64,000 bases of DNA from assembly GCA_963827655.1 (NCBI GenBank), contig CAWHCF010000036.1, positions 160,001 through 224,000 of the forward strand, given 5' to 3'. Below are positions 41,311-53,445 of the stretch, piece after piece. The DNA comes from an uncultured Acidobacteriota bacterium (GTDB taxonomy: Bacteria; Acidobacteriota; UBA6911). The stretch's first letter is position 1; the number at the start of each line of letters is the position of its first letter. The position numbers were made by a program, and so were the translations under genes. The notes below the pieces were generated by a model that saw only the letters and a program-made list of their open reading frames with translations, was not told where the DNA came from and did no database searches.

Positions 41311-42078
41311 CTAGCGCATCCAATCAGCCGCTGATTTGATAAGCTCCGGCGGTATTTGATGCCCGCCGTCGAACTCCTCGAATCGGACGCTGTAGCCGGC
41401 CTGCTTCAGCAGCGGGACGATTCGACGGCTGCACTGGTCGATCGGCAGGATACGGTCCCTGACGCCGTGGGATATGCAAACGACCGGGCGTCCGCGCTGC
41501 GGGTCGATCGGGATAAGGAATCCGGGAGAGAAGGCCAAAACGCGACTAAAGAGGTCCCCGTTGGCAAGACCGAGAGCGAGCGCATAAGTGGCGCCGTCGG
41601 AAAAGCCCGAAAGCACAAGGCGCGCAGCGTTCACGGCGCACCGTTCGAAGACCCAGCCCAGTGCGCGGTCGATGAATTCGACGTCAGGTCCGAACCCGCC
41701 GCCGATGGCGTCCCAGGTCGTGGCGCGCGAGTCGGGCGCCAGGAGCACCGCGCCGGTATCATCGGCGAGCGACGAGAGTCTCGTAACCATCGCGCGCCCA
41801 TCCTGCGTGGCCCCGTGCAGTGCTACGATGAGAGGCGCCGGCCTGGTGGAGTCACGCGATGCTGGAACGTACACGAGCGCATCGCGCGGAGAAGCGAGCC
41901 GAAGCGTGTGGAGGCCGGCCGCAAGCGACGATTTCGGCGCCGCCACGCGCGCGTTGAGCCGAGCGAAATCACGTGACTGCGGGCGCCAGAATCGTGACGA
42001 AGCAAGCAGCGCTACGCCCGCCGCCCCGAAGGCCAGGAACGCGCGCCGTGAGATGCAAGTCGACCGAAACACGCACAA
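41311..42078 (-). CDS. Phospholipase/carboxylesterase with Tat-like leader
   Basis: SRRAFL, ALHGA, GFSDGA, SHG..D.ILP, FDGGH. Confidence 0.87.
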   Translation of the reverse strand: MCVFRSTCISRRAFLAFGAAGVALLASSRFWRPQSRDFARLNARVAAPKSSLAAGLHTLRLASPRDALVYVPASRDSTRPAPLIVALHGATQDGRAMVTRLSSLADDTGAVLLAPDSRATTWDAIGGGFGPDVEFIDRALGWVFERCAVNAARLVLSGFSDGATYALALGLANGDLFSRVLAFSPGFLIPIDPQRGRPVVCISHGVRDRILPIDQCSRRIVPLLKQAGYSVRFEEFDGGHQIPPELIKSAADWMR

Positions 42079-42200
42079 ACGTTACACAGTGAGCGGACAT
42101 CGAACAACCGCCGAATTAAATCCTCCTCAGATTTCCGCGAGGCGCAAACATTTCGCGAACGAAGACGCATCGGCAAGCGTCTCAATCCGGAGGGATTAAA

Positions 42201-44648
42201 ATGTTTCAAGACCTGCGTTACGGCGCGCGGATGCTGCTGACGAATCCCGGCTTCACTGCCGTGGTGGTGACTGACGCTCGCGCTGGGCATAGGCGCCAAC
42301 GCGGCGCTCTTTTCGGTGGTCAATGGCGTGCTGCTCAATCCGCTGCCTTATCCGCAACCCGAGCAGCTCGTGTCGATCCATCAAAGCAAGCCGAATTTCG
42401 AAACCGGCGCCATCCCCTACCCGAATTTTCGCGACCTGCAAAAAGAGAACCGGACGTTCTCGGCCATGGCCATTTCGCGGGGGTACGGCTTCAGTCTGAT
42501 CGGCATGGGCGAAGCCGAGCGCGTCAGCGCGCAGCTGGTTTCCGCGGACTTCTTCTCTGTCCTCGGGCTCAAGCCCGCGCTTGGGCGGGTTTTTGCGCCG
42601 GGCGAAGATGAGCGCGGCGCCGGACCTGTGGCCCTCATCAGCGCCGACCTCTGGCAGCGCAAATTCGGCGGCGCGCCGGACACGCTGGGCAAAAACCTTA
42701 CCCTGGACGACCGAAGCTACACGATCGTCGGTGTGATCCCTTCAGGCTTCAATCTTCGAGTCAGCACCTTTCGCAACGCCGATGTCTACGTGCCGATCGG
42801 CCAGTGGAACAATCCCGCGCTGCAGAGCCGTAGCGCCGCTTTGGGGCTCCACGGGATTGGCCGGCTCAAGCCTGGCGTCGCCATCGAGCAGGCGCAGGCC
42901 GACCTGGACAGAGTGATGCGGGATCTCGCCGCCGCTTATCCCGCCACCAACAGGGGCAACGGCGCGAAGCTCGTCCCGCTCAAAAAGAGGATGGTCGGCG
43001 ACATCGGAGTGATCCTGTGGATGTTGCTGGGCGCGGTCGGGTTCGTGCTGCTGATCGCGTGCGTGAATGTCAGCAATCTGCTGCTCGCGCGCTCGACCGG
43101 CAGGACACGCGAATTCGCCATTCGGGCGGCGCTGGGCGCGGGCCAGTGGCGCTTGCTCCGCCAATCTCTCACCGAGAGCACACTGCTGGCCCTGTCCGGC
43201 GGCGGACTGGGGCTCCTGGTCGCAGCCTGGGGCACGCGAGCCGCGCTCGGCGCGCTGCCCGCCACGTCTGCCGCGCGCGGAAGAGATCGGACTGGATGGC
43301 CGCGTCCTGCTCTTCACCTTTGCCATTTCGCTGCTGACCGGGATTCTGTCCGGCCTGGCTCCGGCGCTCAAGACTTCGCAGTGGCGTTTGTCGGAAACGC
43401 TCAAGGAAGGCGGACGCGGGGCGAGCCGCGGGCGACTGCGCGCGCAGGGCGTCCTGGTCGCGGTTGAGATGGCGCTGGCGCTGGTCTTGTTGATCGGCGC
43501 GGGATTGATGATTCGCAGCCTCAACGCGCTCTGGAACGTCGATCCGGGCTTTCGTCCGGACAATATGCTGACCTTCGGACTGAACTTTCCGCCGTCCATG
43601 CGAACGGCCAGCCCGGAAGCGGTTCGCTCCACCCTGCGCGAGCTCAGTGACCAGCTCAACTCCACGCCAGGTGTCCAGGCAGCTTCATTCTCGGAGGGCG
43701 CATTTCCGCTGCTGGACGAGGACGACCTGTTCTTCTGGCTCGATGACCAGCCCAAACCTGCGAGTCAAAGCGAGATGAACATGGCGTTGGTGTATCAGGT
43801 CGAGGAGGGCTATCTGACGGCCATGGGCATTCCTCTCAAGCATGGCCGCTTCTTCACCGATCAAGATGATGAACGATCTCAGCCCGTCGCGGTGATTGAC
43901 GAGGTTTTGGCCCGCAAATATTTCGGCAACGCAGACCCCGTCGGCAAACGAATCCGCCTGGACGACGACCAGGCCCCGTTGCAGATCATCGGGGTGGTCG
44001 GGCACGTGAAGCAGTGGAACCTCCATTCGAACGAGAAGCAATCGCTCCAGGCTCAGCTCTACCTCCCGTTCAGGGCATTGTCGGATGACCAGATGAGGGC
44101 AGGGATTTCCGGCGTGAGAGTGGTGGCGCGTTCCGAAGGAGCGACTCCGGCATCTCTTCGATTCGCTCCGCCGGGTCGTTCAAAGCCAGAACAGCCAGAA
44201 TGTCATCTCCAGACCTCAGACGATGAATGAAGTGATTGCCGGCTCGCTGGCCACGCGGCGGTTCTCAATGACACTGCTCAATGCATTTGCTGTAGTGGCG
44301 CTGCTGCTGGCGAGCGTCGGTCTGTACGGCGTCATTTCGTATCTCGTCGGCCAGCGCACCCGCGAATTCGGCATCCGCCTCGCGCTGGGCGCGCGCCGCC
44401 CGGACATTCTCCGTCTCGTCTTGAATCACGGCATGAAGATGGCGCTGGGCGGCGTGGCGCTCGGGCTCGTCGCCGCGTTGGGAATGACCCGGCTGCTGGC
44501 AGGAATGCTGTACGGCGTGAGCGCGACCGATCCGGCGACGTTCGCGGTTATTGCGCTAGTACTGACGGCGGTGGGGCTGCTGGCCTGCTTCGTTCCGGCA
44601 TGGCGTGCGACGAAGGTAGACCCGCTGGTGGCGTTGCGGCACGAATAA
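42201..44648 (+). CDS. ADOP-type ABC permease (three frameshifts)
   Basis: QDLRYGARML..PGF, LLIACVNVSNLLLAR, GLYGVISYLV.QRTREFGIRLALGA, VDPLVALRHE. Confidence 0.92.
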
Positions 44649-44965
44649 GAAGATTTCTGATTCCCCGCAAGCGGCTCGGTTTCGCTTCCGGCTCTGGTTG
44701 ATCGCGTGATCGGCATCGCTCATCGATTAGAATGGATCGCAAGGCGCGGGAGGGCAGACGCCGCTCGTCTTCGTTCACGGAGTCGAAGGAAGTAAGACCG
44801 ACGCCCCATGAAATGTTTTTGCGAACGCCTCTTAACCTAGTGAAACCAGAGGGCACCGAATACGTCCGGTGGAAAAATGAATTTCAAGGGTTCAGCCCCG
44901 GCAACGTCGCCGGCAGCTCGAATCGCGAATTCCAACCTCGTTTCTTAACCATTGAAAGGAAAAGC

Positions 44966-45583
44966 ATGACGAGCTATTTGCGGTATCGGATCATGGCCGG
45001 CCTCGCCACGATCGCCTTAGGACAGCCGGTGTTTGCGGATGATGATCTCAGAGCGCCACGTGTTCCGCCTGCCATTCAGGTGCCGGCGGGCAACACACCC
45101 TTTCTCGAGGGTCAGGCGGTAGGCACACAGAATTACGTCTGTCTTCCCTCAGCCTCCGGCTTCTCCTGGACGTTGTTCGGACCGCAAGCGACGCTGTTCT
45201 TTACCTTTAAAATCTCAAACAGCGAGATTCAGCAGCAGATAACGACCCACTTTCTCAGTGCCAACCCGGATGAGAATGGAATGCCTCGGCCTACCTGGCA
45301 GAGCTCCTTCGATACCAGCGCGGTCTGGGGCAGATCAATCGCATCCTCGATGGATTCGAATTTCGTCGCGTCGGGTGCGATTCCCTGGTTGTTGCTCCAG
45401 GTGGTTGGAACTGAGCGCGGACCCACGGGCGGCGATTTCCTCACGCAGACCACTTACATCCACCGGCTGAACACTTCCGGAGGTGTCGCGCCCTCAACCG
45501 GTTGCAGCCAATCAACGAACGTCGGCGCCACCACGCTCGTGCCATACACCGCCGACTACTTCTTCTACAGGGCCAGCCGATAG
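44966..45583 (+). CDS. DUF3455 secreted protein
   Basis: Signal peptide, AVGTQNYVC, PTWQ, AIPWLLL, IHRLNTSGG.AP, VPYTADYFFY. Confidence 0.88.
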   Translation: MTSYLRYRIMAGLATIALGQPVFADDDLRAPRVPPAIQVPAGNTPFLEGQAVGTQNYVCLPSASGFSWTLFGPQATLFFTFKISNSEIQQQITTHFLSANPDENGMPRPTWQSSFDTSAVWGRSIASSMDSNFVASGAIPWLLLQVVGTERGPTGGDFLTQTTYIHRLNTSGGVAPSTGCSQSTNVGATTLVPYTADYFFYRASR

Positions 45584-45687
45584 GCCGGAGCGGACTGGCG
45601 TTTTGGTCGTGCCGTCGCGTGGACAGCGATGTCGTTCGCGACGGCACGGTCTTGCCCACCATTCCACGGCCTCAGCCTTACACGCAC

Positions 45688-45745
45688 CTTGGTGTTTCTT
45701 CGTGTCTTCGTGTCCTGGTGGTATTCTTGTTTCGCACACCAAAAT
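45688..45745. repeat. Family D element, partial
   Basis: CTTGGTGTTTCTTCGTGTCTTCGTGTCCTGGTGGTATTCTTGTTTCGCA. Confidence 0.7.
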
Positions 45746-45824
45746 TTGGAGCATCCCAGGATGGCGGCTCGATATATACTAACCTCCGGAATTTGACGCC
45801 AAAAACAAAATTCCGGGTCGATAT

Positions 45825-48800
45825 ATGACTTGGCTCTCGGAGAAACGTCGAATATACCTCATTTGTCGCACTGCTGCTGGTGCTTGGCAGCGCCGCAACT
45901 CCTTCGATCCACGCAGCCGACGTTACCAACGCCAGTCTGGAACGCAAATTCGCTCAGACCGTGCGGCCCTTTCTGACGCGCTATTGCATCGGATGCCATG
46001 GCGGCGCCGCGCCAGCCGCCCAGTTCGATCTGCGGCCTTATACCACGATGGCGTCCGTCATCCAGGACTATCCTCACTGGACCCTGGTGCTCGAAAGACT
46101 GACCGCCAGGGAGATGCCGCCGAAGGTGGCGCCTCAGCCGCCCGCAGATGCCCGCCAGCAGGTGATCGACTGGGTCATGGCCGTTCGCATGAACGAGGCG
46201 CGAAGGAATGCAGGCGATCCCGGGCCGGTGCTGGTGCGCCGCCTGAGCAACGCCGAGTACAACAACACCATCCGCGACCTTACCGGCGTGGACATGCGTC
46301 CCACGCGGGAGTTTCCCGTCGATCCCGCCAATACTGCCGGCTTCGACAACTCCGGCGAGTCGCTATCCATGTCGCCCGCCTTGCTCAACAAGTACCTGCA
46401 GGCCGCGCGCGAAGTGGGCGATCACATGGTCCTCAAGCCCGATGGATTCGATTTCTGCGCCGCATCCGATGCTCGTCGAGACGGATCGCGAGAAGTACGC
46501 CATCAAACGGATCGTGGATTTCTATGAACGCCAGCCTACCGACTATGCCGATTACTTTCAGGCGGCGTGGCGCTTCAAGCATCGGTCGGCTCTCGGGAAG
46601 CCGAAGCGCCACGCTGGCCGACATCGCGGCGGAGGCGAAGGTGAGCGCGAAGTATCTGCCCATGGTCTGGCAGATCCTCGAGGAATCACCGGACGGCGGA
46701 CAGAAAGAGGTTGGCCCGATCGCCAAACTCCAGGCCATGTGGCGCGCTCTGCCGGCGCCGGACGCGAACCAACCGGATCTGCTGCGCGCGAAATGTGTCG
46801 AGATGCGCGACTTCGTGGTCAGGATCCGGAAGCACACGGCGATGGAATTTGCCGCCCCGGTGGTGAAGGGATTGAGCGCCTACTCGCAGCCCCTGATCAA
46901 CTGGAAGTATCCGCCAGTTCAACTCGCACCGCAGGGATTTTGACCGCAACGCTCTGCGGATGGAGAGCGACCCGCCTCCCGTGGTGCCCGAAATCCCGAA
47001 ATATCCCGGGCTCGGACAGGAATCGGCGGTCCGGGCCGCGGCGCTGATGAAGAAAGCCCGGGCCGGCGACACCGATCTCGTGGTTCCAGACGGCGAGCGG
47101 GCCCGCTACGAGGCCTCCTTCGCGCGCTTCAGCTCGGTTTTCCCGGACGCATTCTATATTCGTGAGCGCGGCCGCTTTTTCCCCGACGATTCCGAGGACA
47201 AGGGGCGTCTTCTGAGCGCCGGCTACCACAACGTGATGGGGTACTGGCGCGACGATACCCCGCTCGTCGAACTGATCCTCGACGACAAGGGAAAGAAGGA
47301 GCTGGACAGGCTCTGGGATGAGTTCGACTTCATCGCCGATCACACGGCGCGCACGTGGGTTCAGTATTTCTTCAATCAGAGCGGCGAGGTTGCCGGGACG
47401 GGCCGCGAGTCCGGCACGGCCCGGCCGTCGGACAAAGAAGTCAGTCGCCTCGGCGATCATCTTCGCCCTGCGGGACGCCTACGTCGCCAAGGCCGAAGCG
47501 AGCAATAATCCCGTCGCCGTGGAGGCGATGCGCGTACCACTTCCAGTGGGATGAACGACACGCTCCGGCGCGTGGAGCGGATGCGCGTCGGAAGCGGAGC
47601 CGCACCACCTGAAGGCTCTGGTCAAGTTCGCGGCGCGGGCCTACCGCCGGCCGCTCGCGCCGGCGGAGCGCGACGACATGCTGGCTTACTACCATTCCCT
47701 GCGAAGCAAGAGCGGCTTGACGCACGAAGAGGCGATGCGCGACTCGATCGTCAGGGTGCTCATGTCGCCCAAATTCTCGTTACCGCATCGATCTGGTGGA
47801 AGCCGCGAAAAGCGAGCGCGGCGACAGCGGCGGCCAAGACCGCGAAGGCCGCGGCGCCAAGCGTATCCGGTACAGCCCCTGACTGCCTACGCCCTTGCCA
47901 GCAGGTTGAGTTATTTCCTTTGGTCGAGCATGCCTGACGAGGAATTGCTGGCCCGCGCCGCGGGCGGCGATTTGCAAAAGCCGGATGTGCTCGCCGCGCA
48001 GGCCCGCCGCATGCTGAAGGATCGACCGCGCGCGCGGCCTGGCGATTGAGTTTGCGGGCAACTGGCTCGATTTCCGCCGCTTTGAAGAACACAACGCGGT
48101 CGATCGCGAGCGCTTCCCAAGCTTCAATAATGAACTGCGCGAAGCCATGTTCCAGGAGCCGGTCCGGTTTATCGAGGACGTGATCCGCAACGACCGTTCC
48201 GTCCTCGATCTGCTGTACGCCAACCACACTTTCGTGAATCCGGTGCTGGCGAAGCATTACGGCATGCCCGAGGTTGCGGGCGATGCGGACCAATGGATCC
48301 GGGTGGACGATGCGCGCCAGTACGGACGCGGCGGTTTGCTCCCCATGGCCGTATTCCTGACGCAGAACGCGCCCGGCCTGCGGACCAGTCCGGTGAAGCG
48401 AGGATACTGGGTGGTGCGCCGCGTGCTCGGCGAGACCATCCCGCCGCCGCCTGCCACCGTGCCCGAACTGCCCCTCGGATGAAGCGAAGTTGGATCATGC
48501 CGCTGCGGGAAATGCTGGCCAAACACCGGGAAAACCCGAGCTGCGCCTCGTGTCATGCGCGCTTTGATTCCTTCGGGCTGGTGTTCGAAGGCTACGGGCC
48601 CATCGGCGAGCGGCGTTCCAAGGACCTCGCCGGACGGCCGGTCGAGACCCAGGCCGTTTTTCCCGGCGGCAGTCAGGGCGCCGGACTCGAGGGCCTGCAA
48701 GACTACATCCGCGCGCATCGCCAGAAAGACTTCCTTGACAATCTCAGCCGTAAATTGCTAGCATACGCGCTGGGCGGTCGCTTCAGCTCTCCGACGAACC

Positions 48801-48941
48801 CGCCATCGAGATGATGCAAAGCGCAGCTGACCGCGAATGGTTATCGCTTCAGTTCCCTGGTGGAGACAATCGTCACGCAGTCCGCAGTTCCTCAACAGAC
48901 GAAGCCCGGATTTTTCGAGGGCAGAGAGGGCAGAAAGGTGA
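45825..48941 (+). CDS. Cytochrome c + DUF1587/1595/1592/1588/1585 protein (many frameshifts)
   Basis: CIGCH, RRLSNAEYNNTIRDL, ASRLSYFLWSSMPD, TSPVKRGYW, CASCH, KLLAYALG spread over many ORFs. Confidence 0.88.
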
Positions 48942-48946
48942 ATAAG

Positions 48947-50281
48947 ATGCGCGATCGAAAGACGAATGCGGCCCGCCGCATTCTCCCGCCGCGCGGTTCT
49001 TCGCGGCGCCGGAGTCACCATGGCCTTGCCGTGGCTCGAATCATTTCCCAGCTTCGCCGGCGTCACTTCCGCACCCGTCTTTCCCGAAGCGTTTCGCGGT
49101 TCTGTTCATGGGGAATGGAGTGAACGAGGATCACTGGGACGCCCAGGGTTCCGGGAGCCGACATGAATCTCAGCAAGACCTGGCGCCGCTCGAGCCGCTG
49201 AAGCACAAGATCAACGTGATTCACGGTCTTTTCCACAAGCGATCCACCGGTCTGGGCATTCATCCGGCGCAGACGGGAGGTCTGCTCTCGGGCGCGAACA
49301 TTCAGAAGGGCGCCATCATCAAGGCCGGCGTCACGGTGGATCAGGTGATCGCCCAGCGCATCGGGCAGGATACGGCGCAGTCCAGCATCGTTCTGGCTTG
49401 CGAGCAGCCGATGACCGGATACCACGAGACGAACTACTCGATGGCCTACAGCTCGCACATCTCCTGGCAGACTCCGGACTCGCCGGTCCCGAATGAAGTC
49501 TATCCCTCGCTGGCCTGGGACAACCTTTTCGAAAACCGCGGCAGCCTGCGCAACATGAGCATTCTCGACCGCGTGAAGGATGACGCCGAAACGCTGAGCG
49601 GGGCGATCAGCTCCGACGACAAAGCCAAGCTGGATGAGTATCTGACCAGCGTGCGCGAGGTGGAGAAGCGCGTCGAGGGCATGCGGAAGAACAAAGACAA
49701 GGCGAGAGGAACTGGCGAAGCAGAAGAACCGTCCCGTCTTTACCATGGACCGGCCGGCGAACGGCTTGCCGGAAGACCTTCGGGAACACGCGCGTCTGAT
49801 GTGCGACATCATTGCGATCGCTTTCCAGACGGACAAGACTCGTGTGGCGACGCTGCTGCTCGCTCGGGATCTTTCCGCGATGTACTATCCGTTCCTGGAA
49901 GTCCGCGAGGGACACCATTCCGCGTCGCACTACAACAACTCCGACGGCTACGAACGCATCACGCGTTTCCACCTGGGCCAGCTCGCTTATCTGGCCGCCA
50001 AGCTGGACAGCATGCCGGAGGGCAACGGCACTGTGCTGGACAACTCGTGCCTGATGTGGCTTTCGAACATGTGGATCGGCCGGAAGCACGACAACACGAG
50101 ATTGCCCCTCGTGCTCGCCGGAGGGCTGGGCGGCACGCTGCAAACCGGACGCACGCTGGACTACGTGCAGGCCGGCGACGAGAATCGGAAGATGTGCAGC
50201 CTGTACCTCTCGATCATGGATCGGATGGGAGTGAAGCTGGAAAGCTTCGGTGACGCCGAGACCCGCCTCGAACGCCTGTAG
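48947..50281 (+). CDS. DUF1552 (HXXSHH) protein, frameshifted
   Basis: SRRAVLRGAGV.MALPWLES, TVDQVIA, AFQTDKTRV, HHSASHY, GTVLDNS. Confidence 0.9.
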
Positions 50282-50507
50282 GATCAGGCTGTCCCCGCCA
50301 GTCCTGTGTGAGAAAATTCAGTGAACGCTCCTCCCCGACACTTTCCGAAGCCTTATGTGGCGACGGGGTCATCAGACCCGTCGCAAGTAAGGTGATCGGG
50401 AGGATTTAGCCTTAAAAAGTTCTTTCGTGCCACGAGCAGGCCGGACGGGCTTAATAGCACCATCCGCACATGTATCGGATCTCCACATCTCGCAAGTCGA
50501 CTGACGC

Positions 50508-51821
50508 CTAGGAGCGCGCCAGGTCGGCCCAGACCTGGCCGCGCGGGAACTCGTACGCGTCGAGCGATTCAGGCCGCATTGCGATGCTGTAGCCGGGCCG
50601 CGTCGGCGGCATGTAGCGCGCGTTACGGATTACCACCGGATCGACGAAGTGCTCGTGAAGGTGCTCGACATACTCCGCGACGCGGTCCTCGAGCGAGGCC
50701 GAGACGTATATGTAGTCGATGAGCGAGAGATGCTGCACGTGTTCGGGAAGGCCGACACCGCCCGCGTGCGGGCACACCGGCACACCGAACTTTGCGGCCA
50801 TCAGCAGCACCGCCAGAACCTCATTCACACCGCCGAGCCGGCAGCTATCGATCTGGCAGAAACGCAGGGCATTCGCCTGGAGGAACTGCTTGAACAGGAC
50901 CCGGTTCTGACAAACTTCGCCCGTGGCGACTCCGATCGGAGCCAGCGCGCGGGCGATGGCGGCGTGCCCTAGGACGTCGTCCGCACACGTCGGCTCTTCG
51001 ATCCACCAGGGGTTGAACGGCCGAAGCCGGTTCACCCACTCGACGGCCTCGCCGACTTCCCACTTCTGGTTGGCGTCGATCATGAGCCTGCGATCCGACC
51101 CGATCTCTTCGCGGACGATGGCGAGGCGGCGAAGGTCATCTTCCAGATTGCCCCCAACCTTCACCTTGAAGGCGCTCCATCCCGCGGCGACCGCCTCCCG
51201 GCACAACCGGCGAACCTGGTCGTCCGGGTAGCCCAGCCAGCCAACCGAAGTCGTGTAGGCGGGATAGCCGTCACGCAACATTTCGGACTCGCGCACGGCG
51301 CGTGTCGACGCGTTGCGGCGGAGGATATCGAGCGCCTCCTCCGGCGTCAGAGCGTCGGTGATGTACCGGAAGTCGACGCACGACACGACGCGCTCAGGGG
51401 TCATGTCGACGACCAGCTTCCACAGCGGCTTCCCTTCCGCCTTGGCGTAGAGGTCCCACACGGCGTTGACCACTGCGGCGGTCGCCATATGGATCGCACC
51501 CTTCTCGGGACCGATCCAGCGCAACTGACCGTCCGACGTCAGGCTCCTCCAGAACGGAACCATCTCTCCGGTGATTGACTCCAAGGTCCTTCCGACCACA
51601 AGCGGCTCAAAGGCGCGGATCGCAGCGACACAAACCTCGTTCCCGCGGCCGGCTGTAAAGGTGAGACCGTGTCCCGCAAGCCCAGCGGCGCTGTCGGTCT
51701 CCAGGACGACGTAGGCGGCCGAGTAGTCGGGAGCGGCGTGCAAGGCGTCGGATCCCGCGTGCGTCCGGGAGGTGGGAAAGCGGATATCACGAGCAACGAG
51801 TCCGGTAATCTTGATGGGCAT
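50508..51821 (-). CDS. fucD: L-fuconate dehydratase (enolase superfamily, ENOSF1-like)
   Basis: DIRFPTS...GSDA...PDYSAAY, QLRWIGPEKG, PAYTTS.GWLGY, KVKVG, DANQ, WIEEP, PVCPHAGGVGL. Confidence 0.9.
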   Translation of the reverse strand: MPIKITGLVARDIRFPTSRTHAGSDALHAAPDYSAAYVVLETDSAAGLAGHGLTFTAGRGNEVCVAAIRAFEPLVVGRTLESITGEMVPFWRSLTSDGQLRWIGPEKGAIHMATAAVVNAVWDLYAKAEGKPLWKLVVDMTPERVVSCVDFRYITDALTPEEALDILRRNASTRAVRESEMLRDGYPAYTTSVGWLGYPDDQVRRLCREAVAAGWSAFKVKVGGNLEDDLRRLAIVREEIGSDRRLMIDANQKWEVGEAVEWVNRLRPFNPWWIEEPTCADDVLGHAAIARALAPIGVATGEVCQNRVLFKQFLQANALRFCQIDSCRLGGVNEVLAVLLMAAKFGVPVCPHAGGVGLPEHVQHLSLIDYIYVSASLEDRVAEYVEHLHEHFVDPVVIRNARYMPPTRPGYSIAMRPESLDAYEFPRGQVWADLARS

Positions 51822-51905
51822 CAGTCTCTCCTGTCCTGCGAAATCCAGGGACAGCCCCCAGTCTCCCCGCCAGGCAGTCGAAAAGACGCGGCACCTTGAG
51901 GGAAA

Positions 51906-53445
51906 TCAGGGGGCTGAGCCCGATTTCCCCCGCAGCCCCGCAGCCGCGGCCATGATCAGCTCTTCGGTAGCCTCGCCGCGCGCGAACTCCCCCACCTGTC
52001 GGCCTTCGCACAACACCAGAATCCGGTCGCACATCACGAGCAACTCGGGCAGCTCGCTCGAGGTCATCACGATCGCCAACCCGCCACGACGGAGATCGTC
52101 GAGGAGGCGGTACAGCTCGGCCTTGGCGCCGACGTCGATGCCGCGCGTGGGATCATCGAGAAGCAGCACGCGGGGCTCGCCGATCAACCAGCGCGCCAGG
52201 ATTGCCTTCTGCTGATTCCCTCCGGAGAGCTCTTCGACCGGCGAGTGGGTGCCTGAAGCCTTGACAGCCAGCCGTTCCATCGCGCCGGAGGCTACTTGCG
52301 TGTCGGTCCGGCGGTCAACCACGCCCAGTCGAGCGTAGCGGCGCAGCATCGCGATCGTGATATTAACTCCAACGGTCAGGTCGGGAAAAAGGGCGAGACG
52401 CTTCCGGTCCTCTGTGACCAGTGCCACATCCGATGCCACCGCATCGAGCCGGGTGCCTGAAGACGACCGGGCGGCCGCCCAGCAGAATACGGCCCGTCGG
52501 CGCAACCGTGCTGGCTCCGAACAGGCATTCAAGCAACTCGGTCCGGCCGGCTCCCATGAGACCGGCGATACCGAGGATCTCACCTCTGCGCAGCTGGAAG
52601 CTGATTCCTTCGAGCCGGCGGGCGCGCCCGCCCTCGGGCGTAGAGAGCGAGAGTCGTTCGACCTGCAAGACGACCTCCCCGGCCGCGCGCTCGCTCTGGA
52701 AGCTCGCCGCGGCGATCTCCCGGCCCACCATGAGTCGGGCGATTTCCGCCGCGTCGGTCGCGTCCCGCTCCAGGCTCGCAACCAGCCGCCCGTCCCGCAA
52801 GACCGAGATGCGGTGGCACAGCCGGAAGATCTCGTCGAGCTTGTGAGAAATATAGAGTACGGTCACGCCGCGGTGACACAGCTCCCCGATAATCGCGTAA
52901 AGGCGCGCGGCTTCGGCCTCCGTGAGCGCGCTCGTCGGCTCGTCCATGATCAGGATCTTGGACTCGAGCGAGATGGCGCGCGCGATCTCGACCAGCTGCT
53001 GATCGCCCGTCCTCAGCTCGCCGACGGCCCGATCCGGTGAGACGGTGCAGCCCAGCTCGGCGAGCACGCCGGCGGCTGACTGTTCCATGGCGGCATTGTC
53101 GATGAGACCGGCACGGGTTCGCAGCTCACGTCCGAGGAAGACGTTCGCCGCCACGGAGAGTTCCTCGACCAGGCTGAGCTCTTGATGGATGACGCTGATG
53201 CCGGCGGCGCGGGCGTCGCGCGGCCCGGCGAAACGAACCGGCTGTCCTTCGAGCAGGACCCGCCCCTCGAAGTCGGTCTCGATTCCCGCCAGGACCTTCA
53301 TCAGAGTGCTTTTTCCGGCGCCGTTCTCACCGCAGATGGCACGGCACTCCCCCCGCTCGACCGCGAGCCGAACGCCCGACAGGGCGACGACGCCCGGAAA
53401 GCGCTTCGTGATATCCTCCATCACGACCAGCGGCGGCGTGTTCAT
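51906..53445 (-). CDS. Sugar ABC transporter ATP-binding protein (RbsA-like), frameshift near 52450
   Basis: GENGAGKST, MDEPT, GLMGAGRTE, LSGGNQQK, PTRGIDVGAK. Confidence 0.92.

Noticed and set aside
50300-50440. GTGGCGACGGGGTCATCAGACCCGTCGC hairpin with vague flanking inverted ends
   Set aside because: Single copy in the window and TIRs too poor to call an element; may be a terminator between convergent genes
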